Below, piece after piece: positions 18,064 to 27,272 of a stretch of 34,807 nt of DNA. Under the pieces are notes generated by a model. It was given only the letters and a program-made list of their open reading frames with translations, did not search any database and was not told the DNA's origin. The stretch lies in IMG/VR virus record IMGVR_UViG_2526164649_000022. One strand, written 5' to 3'. A program made the translations under genes and the position numbers. This DNA comes from a virus. Its lineage: Duplodnaviria > Heunggongvirae > Uroviricota > Caudoviricetes. Each line of letters starts with the position of its first letter. Position 1 is the stretch's first letter.

Positions 18064-18374
18064 CAGCCTTTCTCCGCTTCCCGGACAATCAGATTCGGCT
18101 CTGCCATCAGGCGGGTGGCAACCGCAGCGCTCACCGCCACATCCTCACCGATATGTGACCAGAAACGGCCACAGCGCCAGAACCCGTTTTCAGACACGGC
18201 CCTGACGTTCAGCCGGACAGGGGCGTCACCCTGTACAGCAACCGGGTCTTCAGCCGGACGTGGTTCATTCGCCTGACCGTCAGCCACAATAACGTCTGCC
18301 AGCGGTGCCGGGTTTTCCTGTGCAGCGCTGTTCTTTGCGGCTTTCGCGCCTTTGGTTTCTGCTTTTTCACTCAT
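18063..18374 (-). CDS. Hypothetical phage protein downstream of major capsid gene
   Basis: 103-aa ORF with Ala/Pro-rich N-terminus; preceded by a structured intergenic region. Confidence 0.45.
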   Translation of the reverse strand: MSEKAETKGAKAAKNSAAQENPAPLADVIVADGQANEPRPAEDPVAVQGDAPVRLNVRAVSENGFWRCGRFWSHIGEDVAVSAAVATRLMAEPNLIVREAEKG

Positions 18375-18445
18375 GACTCTGCCTTTTAAAAGGCAGTTAA
18401 AAGGGCATTCACAGCACCTTTTAACTGCGGTTTACGGATGACGGG

Positions 18446-19351
18446 TTATGCCGGGGGGGTGATGTACGGGCTGTCCACGATCTCCACATCCTTGTACCAG
18501 ATGTTGGAATCGCCGCCGTTAACCAGCATGGCGTCAATAATGAGCTTCGCGTCCGCACGGTTTTTCGGCCCCACCACAAGGGTGGTCGGGCGGATGCCCA
18601 GCGGCTCACCGTTGGTGCCCTTCATGCCCCGCAGCAACTCATTGGCTTTTTTGTAGTTCTCCACCGTCAGTGCTGCACGGGAACCGACGGCGGTCTGCCA
18701 GAAGCCGAAGCCCGCATTACAGCGACCGTCCACGCCGTACAGGAACTCGTGGTTCTTGAAGGTGTGCTCGCTGTTCAGATCGTCCAGGGCTTCAAACTTA
18801 AAGGCGCGTCGCGTCTGCCAGATGATGGGTTTCAGCACCTGCGACTCATCAATCAGGAACCACGGTTCGCCCTTGTCTGATGCCGGGGTGCCGACAACGT
18901 TGCTGTACGTACCGTCACCCAGCGGGTGGTCTTCATCAAAGAAGTTCTGGCCGTCAAAGCACAGGGTGTTAAAACCGGCACACAACAGGGCGTAACACAG
19001 CTTGTCCGGGAACACAGCAGTCATACGGCCATAGCGTTCGGCGGTAATGCTGTACTGACCAATCTGGTCATCTTCAATGTGTTCACGCTTAACGCGAATG
19101 GAACTTTCCCAGAGTTTGTTGGTGATGGTGTAACCATAACCGTCCAGCGTTGCCAGCTGACGCTCACCGACCCATTCTTTGATGTCCGGTAAATCTTTCA
19201 TCCAGCCGTAAGTGTTGGAGGCGGACGAACTCGGCACCTCAGAAGCAATACGATTCCACTGCGGTTCGACACCACTCAGTCCACGGGTAAAGGCGGCGCT
19301 CAGGCAGGTGGTCAGTGCATGAAGGATTTCAGAACTGATAGTCTGTGACAT
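18446..19351 (-). CDS. Major capsid protein (Mu T-like)
   Basis: 301-aa ORF directly downstream of the protease/scaffold gene. Confidence 0.8.
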   Translation of the reverse strand: MSQTISSEILHALTTCLSAAFTRGLSGVEPQWNRIASEVPSSSASNTYGWMKDLPDIKEWVGERQLATLDGYGYTITNKLWESSIRVKREHIEDDQIGQYSITAERYGRMTAVFPDKLCYALLCAGFNTLCFDGQNFFDEDHPLGDGTYSNVVGTPASDKGEPWFLIDESQVLKPIIWQTRRAFKFEALDDLNSEHTFKNHEFLYGVDGRCNAGFGFWQTAVGSRAALTVENYKKANELLRGMKGTNGEPLGIRPTTLVVGPKNRADAKLIIDAMLVNGGDSNIWYKDVEIVDSPYITPPA

Positions 19352-19358
19352 GTGTTAC

Positions 19359-20315
19359 TTACTCCTGTTTCGGTTTAGCGGCGAGGAACTCTTCCCCGGT
19401 AATACCCATGCTGCGACACATCGCCAGTTCGGCATCGGTCAGTGTCTGCGCGGGTTTATCCTTGCCCTGGCTGGGCTTGTCGTTGTTAACCAGCGGCTGT
19501 GCACCTTTGGTGTACTCCGCAAACTGTTTGCGGCCTTCTTCCGTGCGGCAGGTGGCAAGGAACATGTCACGGTTTGCCGGGGCGACTTTTCCGGCCCCGA
19601 TGGCCGCATCCACAAGCGCCTCGGCTTCCTTCTCTTCCAGTTGCTGAAGGCGTTTTTCTGCGGTTTCGGCACGGTTCAGTGCCAGATTGTGGGTTTCCAC
19701 CGGCACAAACTTCGTCAGGTCAGGTGTCTGTGCGCGGTTCAGCGCCACCTGTTCGTTCTCCTGAAGTTGTTTAATGGCGGCCACGGTATCGTCCACCGTG
19801 GCGGATTCAGCCAGCCCAAGCAGGCCGGTGATTTGCACAGGTACTGTCATCGGGTTTTTCTCCGTATTCAGTGCAGGAAAATCCAGGTTAGGTTTGTTGG
19901 TCAGCCCGACGCTGGACAGGCGCGTCACCGCACCGTCTGCGTCATGGAAAAACGCCGGGCTGTAATAGCGGTAGCGGCGCTCGCTCAGCATCCACCGGGC
20001 GGACTCACTCCAGACAACACGCCCTTCAATGGTGCCGCTGTCCGTCACCCGCAGTGCTTCCACCCAGCCATACGCCGGAGCCTCTTCACCCCGCGGGCCT
20101 TTAATTTCGGTGGCATGTTCAATGTCCACCGGAATGTTGATGTCGGACGAACGGGCAACCACCTCATGTGGATTGCGGTTCATCCACGTCCGGCCATCGC
20201 GCCCGGTGAACTCACCCGCAGGAACGAGTTCAAGCCATTCCGGCAGTTGAGCGGGTGTCAGCTCAGGGATGGGTTCTGGCAGGGAAAAACACAGCGCCAG
20301 CAGTTCCGGTTGCAT
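19359..20315 (-). CDS. Head maturation protease / scaffold (Mu I/Z-like)
   Basis: 318-aa ORF with coiled-coil C-terminal half, immediately upstream of capsid gene. Confidence 0.7.
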   Translation of the reverse strand: MQPELLALCFSLPEPIPELTPAQLPEWLELVPAGEFTGRDGRTWMNRNPHEVVARSSDINIPVDIEHATEIKGPRGEEAPAYGWVEALRVTDSGTIEGRVVWSESARWMLSERRYRYYSPAFFHDADGAVTRLSSVGLTNKPNLDFPALNTEKNPMTVPVQITGLLGLAESATVDDTVAAIKQLQENEQVALNRAQTPDLTKFVPVETHNLALNRAETAEKRLQQLEEKEAEALVDAAIGAGKVAPANRDMFLATCRTEEGRKQFAEYTKGAQPLVNNDKPSQGKDKPAQTLTDAELAMCRSMGITGEEFLAAKPKQE

Positions 20316-20364
20316 GTCAGTCTCCGTCGTCTGGGGTTACCGACGGTCAGTATGCGGAAGGCAG

Positions 20365-20390
20365 AAAAAAAGCCGGATTTACCGGCTTCA
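20365..20390 (-). terminator. Putative intrinsic terminator between F-like and I-like genes
   Basis: Minus strand reads AAGCCGG-TAAAT-CCGGCTT followed by a T run; identical 26-bp element recurs at 27916-27941. Confidence 0.5.
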
Positions 20391-20529
20391 CTGAAAACGG
20401 GGAAATACCCCCTTCAAAACCCCTTCAAAAACGCCACGGACGCTTCAAAAAAGCCAGGGTGTACATTCATGCCATCAGAATAAAAAACGCGTTTCTGATG
20501 CGTTTCAGGGGCATTTACGGCGGGGAGGG

Positions 20530-21294
20530 TTATTCACTGTTAAAACGGGCCTGTCTGGCCGCCAGCTGGCGCGCCAGCTCCTGCTCACGGTTTATGCCGG
20601 GATTGTAGTTCCAGCCCGGATCAATCCCTTCCGGCACCTCTTCCTCTTCGCCCGTACGTTTGTTCACCCAGCGGACAGTTCTGATTTCCGGCGCTTCGGT
20701 GTGAATGGTGCCCTGTGCCGCCAGTTGCGCATACTCACCACGGCTGACCTGACGGATGGTGCATTTGCAGCCCCAGCCGTTAGGGGCAAAATGCGTCTGC
20801 CAGAACGGATGCTCTACCGGCAGACACAGACGCGCCCATTTCACATGCTCCACCCGGTGCTCACGGGATGGCCCCAGCTCGTACATCAGATACGGCATGG
20901 CCTGCTTTGTCCGCTGAATGCGTTCCCACTGGCCCGCCGCGCGGGCGGTGCGCATGTTGGTATCAAAAATCGTGCGGAGGCGGCGGTCGCTGCCCAGTTG
21001 CACGGTGCGGGTTTCACCCGTCAGCGGATCATCCATCTCCTGTACGCCCCACCATCCGCGTTTTATCAGCAACGGTTGCAGCATCTCCTGGAACTCGCTG
21101 AACGTCTGCCCGCTTTGCAGGGCGTCTTCCACAAGGGCTTTCACATCCGACAACAAATCCAGTTGCAGCATTCTGGCCACGGGGAAGCTGTACCGGTGCT
21201 CTTCCCGCCACACATCCCGGTAATCAAAACCGGGACGCAGCTTCTTCGCCTTCAGCCACGCCAGCGCCTCTTTCGGGATGAGGGTTTCACGCAT
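20530..21294 (-). CDS. Head morphogenesis protein (Mu F-like)
   Basis: Downstream of portal; likely start MRETLIPKEALAWLK at 21294 rather than 21351, which would overlap the portal gene by 65 nt. Confidence 0.65.
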   Translation of the reverse strand: MRETLIPKEALAWLKAKKLRPGFDYRDVWREEHRYSFPVARMLQLDLLSDVKALVEDALQSGQTFSEFQEMLQPLLIKRGWWGVQEMDDPLTGETRTVQLGSDRRLRTIFDTNMRTARAAGQWERIQRTKQAMPYLMYELGPSREHRVEHVKWARLCLPVEHPFWQTHFAPNGWGCKCTIRQVSRGEYAQLAAQGTIHTEAPEIRTVRWVNKRTGEEEEVPEGIDPGWNYNPGINREQELARQLAARQARFNSE

Positions 21295-22858
21295 GAGCAG
21301 TGTCTCCCAGCGCACGCGCCTTAAAGCACACCTCCGCCAGTTGCAGGGCAAAGTCGTCCGCGTTCAGCGTTTCCTGAAGCTCAGGCAGGCGTTTCAGAAA
21401 GTCATCAAAACTGTCGCACTCCTGCGCCAGTGTCAGCACCGGGTTCGTGAACGCCTCGCCGGTTTTCTGCCAGTCACGCAGGGCATCATCCACCATCTGT
21501 GCCAGTTCGTCGGGGTGTTCCCTGTTCAGGGCGACGCGCTCGCGGTTCATCGCCATATCACCCGGCATCCCGGCAGACACCGGATGCAGAACATCAGCCC
21601 CTTCGTCTGGCTCAGCCAGGCCGAACCGGTCCCGCAGCGCCGACTCCTGAACCCGCATCCCCCGGTCAATCAGCGCCACCAGAGCATCTGTCAGCGCCTT
21701 CAGATCTTCGGCTTCACTGATACGCAGAACAACACGGGGGTAGTGCGCCTGTGGCCCGTAGTTGGCCTCGATGTAGGGCCGCACCAGATATTCATTCAGC
21801 GTGTTAGCCAGCTGCCGCGCGTCCCAGCGCACAATGTCCATGCGCACCTGATTGTGCACGTCCGCCTGTGAACGCGAACTGCCGTTATCCGTGGTCATGG
21901 TCTGCCCCAGCACAGCCTTACTGATTTGCGCATCACACCATTCCGCCATTTCACGGAACAGTGCGCCGCCGTTATTCCGGCTGGCGGTTTCCTGCATCTC
22001 CAGTTGCATGGACTGCGGAATGGCACACCCGGCATCCGAGGCAATGGAGGCAATCGCATCAATCAGTACGCGGATTTGCTCCTCCGTGGCGTTGGGACCG
22101 TATTTCCCCACCGTGACCGGAATGCCGAATTTTTCCGCGAATGCCCACCAGTCACGCACGGTAAAGGATTTCAGCATGTACATTACCGCCACCAGACGGG
22201 CCAGACCGTTACGCAGCGGCAGACCGGATTTCAGGCGCGGCTGGTGAACAATGAATTTTCCCGGTGTCAGTGGTACACCATCCACCGGTTCATCATCCGT
22301 CAGCAGGCGGAACTGGCGCAGTGTGGGCTTTTCGGCTTTCAGAAAACGGGGATCAACCCACTCATAATCACGGGGCACCCAGTGATTGTTACGGGTGTTC
22401 CACAGAATTTCACAGACCGCCACGCCTTTTCCCAGCCCGTCGAGCAGATCAAACATCAGCTCGGGGATTTGCGGGGCTTCCATCAGCGCACGGATGGCGT
22501 CCGCCAGCTGCACGTCAGCATCGTCATCACTGGCCGCCACCACCACCGGTTCGATACCCGCCACCGTCAGCTTGCGGGTGCGCAGTACCGAGGCGTAATG
22601 CAAATCGCGTTCTTCCATCTCTTCAGCAAGGATAAAAAAATCACGCGTGATACCGTCGGCGGCATTGCGCAGAATACCGGCCAGTCTGCCGGGATTCAGC
22701 CCGGAGGCGATGCTGATGCCCGGAGAGGCCGGACGCACACCCGCCTGACGCGGACGGGCCTGTACTTCATCGAGCCTCTCTTTTTTCAGCGTGTCTTCCT
22801 CACCGGTTGCCGGGTTCAGCAGACGGCGAACGGCCCCGGCCAGTTGTTTCAGGTTCAC
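21287..22858 (-). CDS. Portal protein (Mu H-like)
   Basis: 523-aa ORF directly downstream of the large terminase gene. Confidence 0.8.
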   Translation of the reverse strand: MNLKQLAGAVRRLLNPATGEEDTLKKERLDEVQARPRQAGVRPASPGISIASGLNPGRLAGILRNAADGITRDFFILAEEMEERDLHYASVLRTRKLTVAGIEPVVVAASDDDADVQLADAIRALMEAPQIPELMFDLLDGLGKGVAVCEILWNTRNNHWVPRDYEWVDPRFLKAEKPTLRQFRLLTDDEPVDGVPLTPGKFIVHQPRLKSGLPLRNGLARLVAVMYMLKSFTVRDWWAFAEKFGIPVTVGKYGPNATEEQIRVLIDAIASIASDAGCAIPQSMQLEMQETASRNNGGALFREMAEWCDAQISKAVLGQTMTTDNGSSRSQADVHNQVRMDIVRWDARQLANTLNEYLVRPYIEANYGPQAHYPRVVLRISEAEDLKALTDALVALIDRGMRVQESALRDRFGLAEPDEGADVLHPVSAGMPGDMAMNRERVALNREHPDELAQMVDDALRDWQKTGEAFTNPVLTLAQECDSFDDFLKRLPELQETLNADDFALQLAEVCFKARALGDTAHA

Positions 22859-24390
22859 AGTAAACCTCCCTCATTTTTCAGGCCACGCGTCAGCTTCATC
22901 TGGCGGCGTGCGTTGCGCTCTTCCGGTTTCGCCGGGCGGTTCAGGCGGTGCAGCTCGTAACGGTGGCAGTCATCTTTACTGGCAAGGAAGCCCAGGAAAA
23001 TAGCCACAGCGGCGTCGCCGTGACGCTTGCGGCCATCGCTGCCTTTAGTACGGGCATCGTCAATACCGGGAACGCCACGCAGTAACTGAATGGCCCCGAG
23101 GTCATTGATCACGTCTTCATGCTTCGGAAGGATCAGCTCATCATCTTCAAACGCCGCACGGAAACGGGGCATGTTTTCGCGGTAGAACGCCACGGACAGC
23201 ATCACCTGTTCCACCTCGTCGCCGTATCGTTCTGCCGCCTGTTCTGCCAGATACTGACCATTACCCCGCGCATCCATTTTGATACCGTCACGACGGGGCA
23301 GACGATCGCAAAGCCAGAACAGCACCTGCTCCTGCTGTTTAAACGGCACATTGGCAAGCTCAACCAGAAACGGCACCTCGCGGGTGGTGTCGTCGTTCAC
23401 CGTCACCGGGGCCAGCACGGTCAGGTCACCCGAACGCGCAAAGTCTTCCCCCAGACAGTGGCGCAGATTCTTCGGGAGTTTTTCCAGCTCGGGGCGCACC
23501 ACCGTTTCCAGCCATTCCCGGATATCTGCCCGGCGCTGACTTTCCGTCAGTGCGTTAAATTCCGGTGTGCCGGTAAAGCGCAAGACTTTCCCGGTGCCAC
23601 GGGCCGCACGTTCACGCAGTGAGCGGGGGATATACGTGCCGCCGCCGTTTTTCGGGACGCAGTAATATTCCTCCAGCGCATCTTCGCGGGTGGCGGTATT
23701 TCGCAGCAGGCCTTCTTTCCATTCGGCCTCGGCTTCCGGTGACCACACCATGCCGCGCACCTGACAGATACGCCGGTACAGCCCGTCATTGCAGGCATCA
23801 TCCAGCGTGATGGTGTGAATACGGTAATCTTTTTTGCCTGCGCGGCTTTCCTGAATCAGCTGGTTAAACGGGTTGTCCACGCCGTCATGGGTGGAGATAA
23901 GGCGAACCTTACCGCCCCACGTGGTCAGTGGTGTGACCGCTTTGAGTACCTCATCCAGCTTTTCATGAAACGCCGCTTCGTCGATGGTGACATTCCCCTG
24001 CATCCCGCGAATGTTGCCCGGATTACTGGACAGCGCCTTGACCTTAAATCCGCTGGCGAAGTACACGACGAACGTCAGAATGTCCTTGTCTTCGTCGGTG
24101 ATCACTTCCTCGCGGATTTCTTCCGCGGCTGCATTAAACGCTTTTGCCCACATCGCCACGGCGTCGATAAATTCGCGGGCCATCTCCTTATTCGAACCGA
24201 TGTAAAAGTGATCGCACCCGCCGTTTTCCTTCTTCAGTGATGCGGTCAGTGCCGCATCTGCCGCTTCCGCCCAGGTTAAACCGGTACGGCGGGATTTTTC
24301 GGCGATTTTCAGTTTTGAATCATCCGCCACCCAGCGTTTCTGATACGGCAGCAGAACATCGGATTCACTGAATGCGTTCATCTGTGTCAT
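22855..24390 (-). CDS. Terminase large subunit
   Basis: 511-aa ORF between small-terminase-like and portal genes with overlapping start/stop codons. Confidence 0.8.
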   Translation of the reverse strand: MTQMNAFSESDVLLPYQKRWVADDSKLKIAEKSRRTGLTWAEAADAALTASLKKENGGCDHFYIGSNKEMAREFIDAVAMWAKAFNAAAEEIREEVITDEDKDILTFVVYFASGFKVKALSSNPGNIRGMQGNVTIDEAAFHEKLDEVLKAVTPLTTWGGKVRLISTHDGVDNPFNQLIQESRAGKKDYRIHTITLDDACNDGLYRRICQVRGMVWSPEAEAEWKEGLLRNTATREDALEEYYCVPKNGGGTYIPRSLRERAARGTGKVLRFTGTPEFNALTESQRRADIREWLETVVRPELEKLPKNLRHCLGEDFARSGDLTVLAPVTVNDDTTREVPFLVELANVPFKQQEQVLFWLCDRLPRRDGIKMDARGNGQYLAEQAAERYGDEVEQVMLSVAFYRENMPRFRAAFEDDELILPKHEDVINDLGAIQLLRGVPGIDDARTKGSDGRKRHGDAAVAIFLGFLASKDDCHRYELHRLNRPAKPEERNARRQMKLTRGLKNEGGLL

Positions 24391-24968
24391 ACACTAATCC
24401 CCAGAATTTCACGTTTGATGGTGTCAGCCGCACCGCCTGACAGACCGCCCGCTCTGACCAGCTCTTCGGTTTTCTCTGCCATTTCCTGCGCAAACGCATC
24501 GCGGATTGCTTTTTCGCGTTTATGGCTGGTCATGGCTGCCGCTTCCAGACGCTGGGCAACCAACGCCAGTTGCCCCAGCGCCTTCGGTGCAACAGGTTTG
24601 TCGTCTTCTGTCATCGACATGGACGTTTCAAAGGCCAGCGTTTTTACAAACTCCATCAGCAGCCTGCCGACATCTAACGTCGGCGCGGAACCCAGCTTTG
24701 CCGCCCAGACTTCGGCCATTTCGCGGGAGGCGCGGATTTTTGCCCCGACTTTTTCCATGCGGCTGGCATAGCGGTTTAAGCCCGTCCGGCTTAACTGCAT
24801 CTCCCCCGGCAGGTTATGTTCGTCAATCAGGGCATTGATGGCTTCGCGGATTTCTTCCTGCGTGTGCCGCTTTTCCCGCAGCATCTGGTGTAACTGCTCA
24901 CGGATGCTGTCCGGGAGTAAATCCACTTTGGAAAGACGGCCACGGGTGGGGCGTTGTTCATTTTCCAT
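24387..24968 (-). CDS. Terminase small subunit-like protein (Mu gp27-like)
   Basis: 193-aa ORF immediately upstream of and overlapping the large terminase. Confidence 0.6.
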   Translation of the reverse strand: MENEQRPTRGRLSKVDLLPDSIREQLHQMLREKRHTQEEIREAINALIDEHNLPGEMQLSRTGLNRYASRMEKVGAKIRASREMAEVWAAKLGSAPTLDVGRLLMEFVKTLAFETSMSMTEDDKPVAPKALGQLALVAQRLEAAAMTSHKREKAIRDAFAQEMAEKTEELVRAGGLSGGAADTIKREILGISV

Positions 24969-25245
24969 CTTCTGTCCTCTGTGTTTTCAGACCGGCGTAT
25001 ATTTCTTCACGAACGGACTGAATATCCTTACCCAGCAGCTTCCACAGCCGCGCATATGCCGGTGATGAACGCAGGGCACGTTTCACGGGGGTATCCGGTG
25101 CATCCGGGTTCCAGGGCTTTCCGGTCTGTTGTTCGTATGTACGGACAATGGCGTTTTGCTCGATATCTGCCAGCACAAGGCAGTACGCCAGCTGCCGCAC
25201 GACGGCCCGTTCTCCACGACTTAACGGCTTCAGTTTTCGGGCCAT
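24958..25245 (-). CDS. Hypothetical phage protein upstream of terminase
   Basis: 95-aa ORF coupled to the small terminase gene. Confidence 0.45.
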   Translation of the reverse strand: MARKLKPLSRGERAVVRQLAYCLVLADIEQNAIVRTYEQQTGKPWNPDAPDTPVKRALRSSPAYARLWKLLGKDIQSVREEIYAGLKTQRTEDGK

Positions 25246-25247
25246 GT

Positions 25248-25541
25248 TCAGTCCCTCGCACGGGATTTTTTAACGCCCGGCACACCGGACAGGCCGTTTG
25301 CCACATCCTCGCCGCTGCCGGTGATTTCAGCCACGTAACAGCCGCCCACATCAGACAGACGAACCAGCCCCTGCTCGCGCAGCCATGCAAGCTGGGTGCG
25401 CACCACATCACGGGATACCTTATGACCGTAGGCCTGAAGGCAGGTCTGCAACACGGATTCATTCGCGCTGTCGCCACAGTCCAGCAGGGAACGCAGCAAC
25501 ACCAGACGACGGTCTTCAGTGAGGATCTCTTTCATCGCCAT
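25248..25541 (-). CDS. Hypothetical phage protein, possible winged-helix DNA-binding
   Basis: 97-aa ORF; helix-turn-helix-like stretch around VVRTQLAWLREQGLV is a weak inference. Confidence 0.4.
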   Translation of the reverse strand: MAMKEILTEDRRLVLLRSLLDCGDSANESVLQTCLQAYGHKVSRDVVRTQLAWLREQGLVRLSDVGGCYVAEITGSGEDVANGLSGVPGVKKSRARD

Positions 25542-25845
25542 TAATTTTTTCCTTTAATTCGTTCTCTAATAACAAATCGCTGATGCGGGATACCTGGCGG
25601 ATGGATGGCCCCAGCTCTTTGATTTCACCCCGCAGGTTGCTGATATCCAGTTGCAGGCGGTGAAATTCATTGCGGTCGGGTAGCTGATTCACCAGGCCTT
25701 CCATCACCGACACGCGGGAACGCAGCGAATCAAACTCTTCGCGTTTGACGTAAGTCTTCGCCAGAATCAACTGGAGAAAGTTAATCCCCGTCATCAGCAA
25801 TGCCCACAGAATGGGCCAGTTGGCTCTGATCACTTCCCAGGACAC
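25516..25845 (-). CDS. Membrane-anchored coiled-coil protein (possible spanin-like lysis accessory)
   Basis: 109-aa ORF with N-terminal hydrophobic segment followed by predicted coiled coil. Confidence 0.4.
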   Translation of the reverse strand: MSWEVIRANWPILWALLMTGINFLQLILAKTYVKREEFDSLRSRVSVMEGLVNQLPDRNEFHRLQLDISNLRGEIKELGPSIRQVSRISDLLLENELKEKINGDERDPH

Positions 25846-26057
25846 GTTTTCCTCCTGCGCTCCCGCGCCTGCTGACAGTCAATACAGGTCACCACATCAG
25901 GCAGTGCCGCAAGGCGCTGTGCCGGAATAACGTTCCCGCAGTCATTGCAGAAGCCCCGACTGTGGGGTGCTTCTTTTATCCGCATCAGCCAGGCGTTAAC
26001 GACGTCCTGACGTTCGTTTAAAACCACTTCACTGATGCGGTCGGTTTCATCGGTCAT
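25830..26057 (-). CDS. TraR/DksA-family C4 zinc-finger protein
   Basis: CNDCGNVIPAQRLAALPDVVTCIDCQ: CxxC-(17)-CxxC spacing typical of phage TraR-like proteins. Confidence 0.6.
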   Translation of the reverse strand: MTDETDRISEVVLNERQDVVNAWLMRIKEAPHSRGFCNDCGNVIPAQRLAALPDVVTCIDCQQARERRRKTCPGK

Positions 26058-26662
26058 TTCGGCCCCGCTGATATTTTGTGACAGCTCGATTTGCTGTAAC
26101 GGGCAAAGCCGTCAAGGGTTCTTACCCCGAGATAGCCCAGCGCCGGGGTAAACAACATCAGCGTGATATCCCAGTCCGGTGACGGCATATGCAGCGTGAT
26201 ACCGTTCGCACCGGCAACCGCACCGGCAATCTGGCCACAGGAGAGCAACAGCACATAGGCCAGACTGCTGTAACAGGACAGACGGGCCAGCAACGGGCGC
26301 GTCTGGCGCACATAGCTGTCCGTGGCGTTGTCACCGTTGCGGATGGTTTCCTGTTGTTCGTGGTGAGCGGCCTGCTGGTCAGCCAGCACCAGCTTCTGCC
26401 GCTCCACCTCCAGCTGTTGCAGCTGGACTTTCAGGGTTTCCAGCTGCACCAGTTGCTCCGGTGACAGCATCACCAGTTTTTGTTCCAGAATGCGTTGCTG
26501 TTCAGCCACCGGCAGGCTTTCCCGGACGCTTTCCACCATACCGGCCACCGAGTCAGCGGCGGCAGATGTGCTGCCACCAAACCAGCGCCCGACGGAACGA
26601 ATCAGCCCCGGCCCGGCTTTCAGCAGAACGGAGGCGATGCCTGAAAGGGTTAACGGGTCCAT
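26054..26662 (-). CDS. Hypothetical membrane protein with coiled coil and C-terminal transmembrane segments
   Basis: 202-aa ORF with Gln/Leu-rich heptad region and hydrophobic C-terminal stretch. Confidence 0.4.
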   Translation of the reverse strand: MDPLTLSGIASVLLKAGPGLIRSVGRWFGGSTSAAADSVAGMVESVRESLPVAEQQRILEQKLVMLSPEQLVQLETLKVQLQQLEVERQKLVLADQQAAHHEQQETIRNGDNATDSYVRQTRPLLARLSCYSSLAYVLLLSCGQIAGAVAGANGITLHMPSPDWDITLMLFTPALGYLGVRTLDGFARYSKSSCHKISAGPK

Positions 26663-27060
26663 GAATCCCCCTTATGAAAACGGCGCTGATGTTTATAAAG
26701 TGCCGCACAAAAGATACCGCCCAGCCAGAACGCCAGCTGATAAGGCTCCTTCAGATAAAGAAGGCCGAATGTCAGCATGAAAAAACCAACGGCCCAGACC
26801 ACCCATGACCACACGACAATTCGAAGGGAGGCGGCCCGGAAACGCCTTTTGGGTTGCAGGCGATAAGGTACGTTGCCCAGCTGGAAACTGTGAATCAGGC
26901 AGAGTGTCGCGCCGTATGCCAGCACCATGACCGCAAACGCCCGCCATCCGGCAAAACAGCTCGCCAGAAAAAGTACTGCCGACAGCCCCAGAAACGACCA
27001 CTGGCACAACATAAAGCGGGAGTAAATAACGCGAACAAAAAGACTATTCATTCTGTGCAT
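26650..27060 (-). CDS. Multi-pass membrane protein (holin-like candidate)
   Basis: At least three hydrophobic segments; internal Met start (MHRMNSLF...) at 27060 preferred over the track start at 27156. Confidence 0.4.
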   Translation of the reverse strand: MHRMNSLFVRVIYSRFMLCQWSFLGLSAVLFLASCFAGWRAFAVMVLAYGATLCLIHSFQLGNVPYRLQPKRRFRAASLRIVVWSWVVWAVGFFMLTFGLLYLKEPYQLAFWLGGIFCAALYKHQRRFHKGDSWTR

Positions 27061-27271
27061 TGAGTTTTTCCTTGTACTTCTGGCACTGCCAGAAAATGTC
27101 CCGTGTATCCACGGTGTTCCAGCCACGCATGTAGTAGCTGGCGTGTGTGCCGTCATGGCCGGTATAGTCCAGCGGTTTCGGAGGCGGACCTCCGGCCATA
27201 CGGTGCAGAACCTCCTGACGCAGGCGGTCGCGTCGCCCGGCTTTCAGTGAGGCATCCCAGCCTTTGCCCAT
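27044..27271 (-). CDS. Hypothetical small protein downstream of endolysin
   Basis: 75-aa ORF starting 2 nt after the endolysin stop; no recognisable domain. Confidence 0.3.
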   Translation of the reverse strand: MGKGWDASLKAGRRDRLRQEVLHRMAGGPPPKPLDYTGHDGTHASYYMRGWNTVDTRDIFWQCQKYKEKLNAQNE

Positions 27272-27272
27272 A

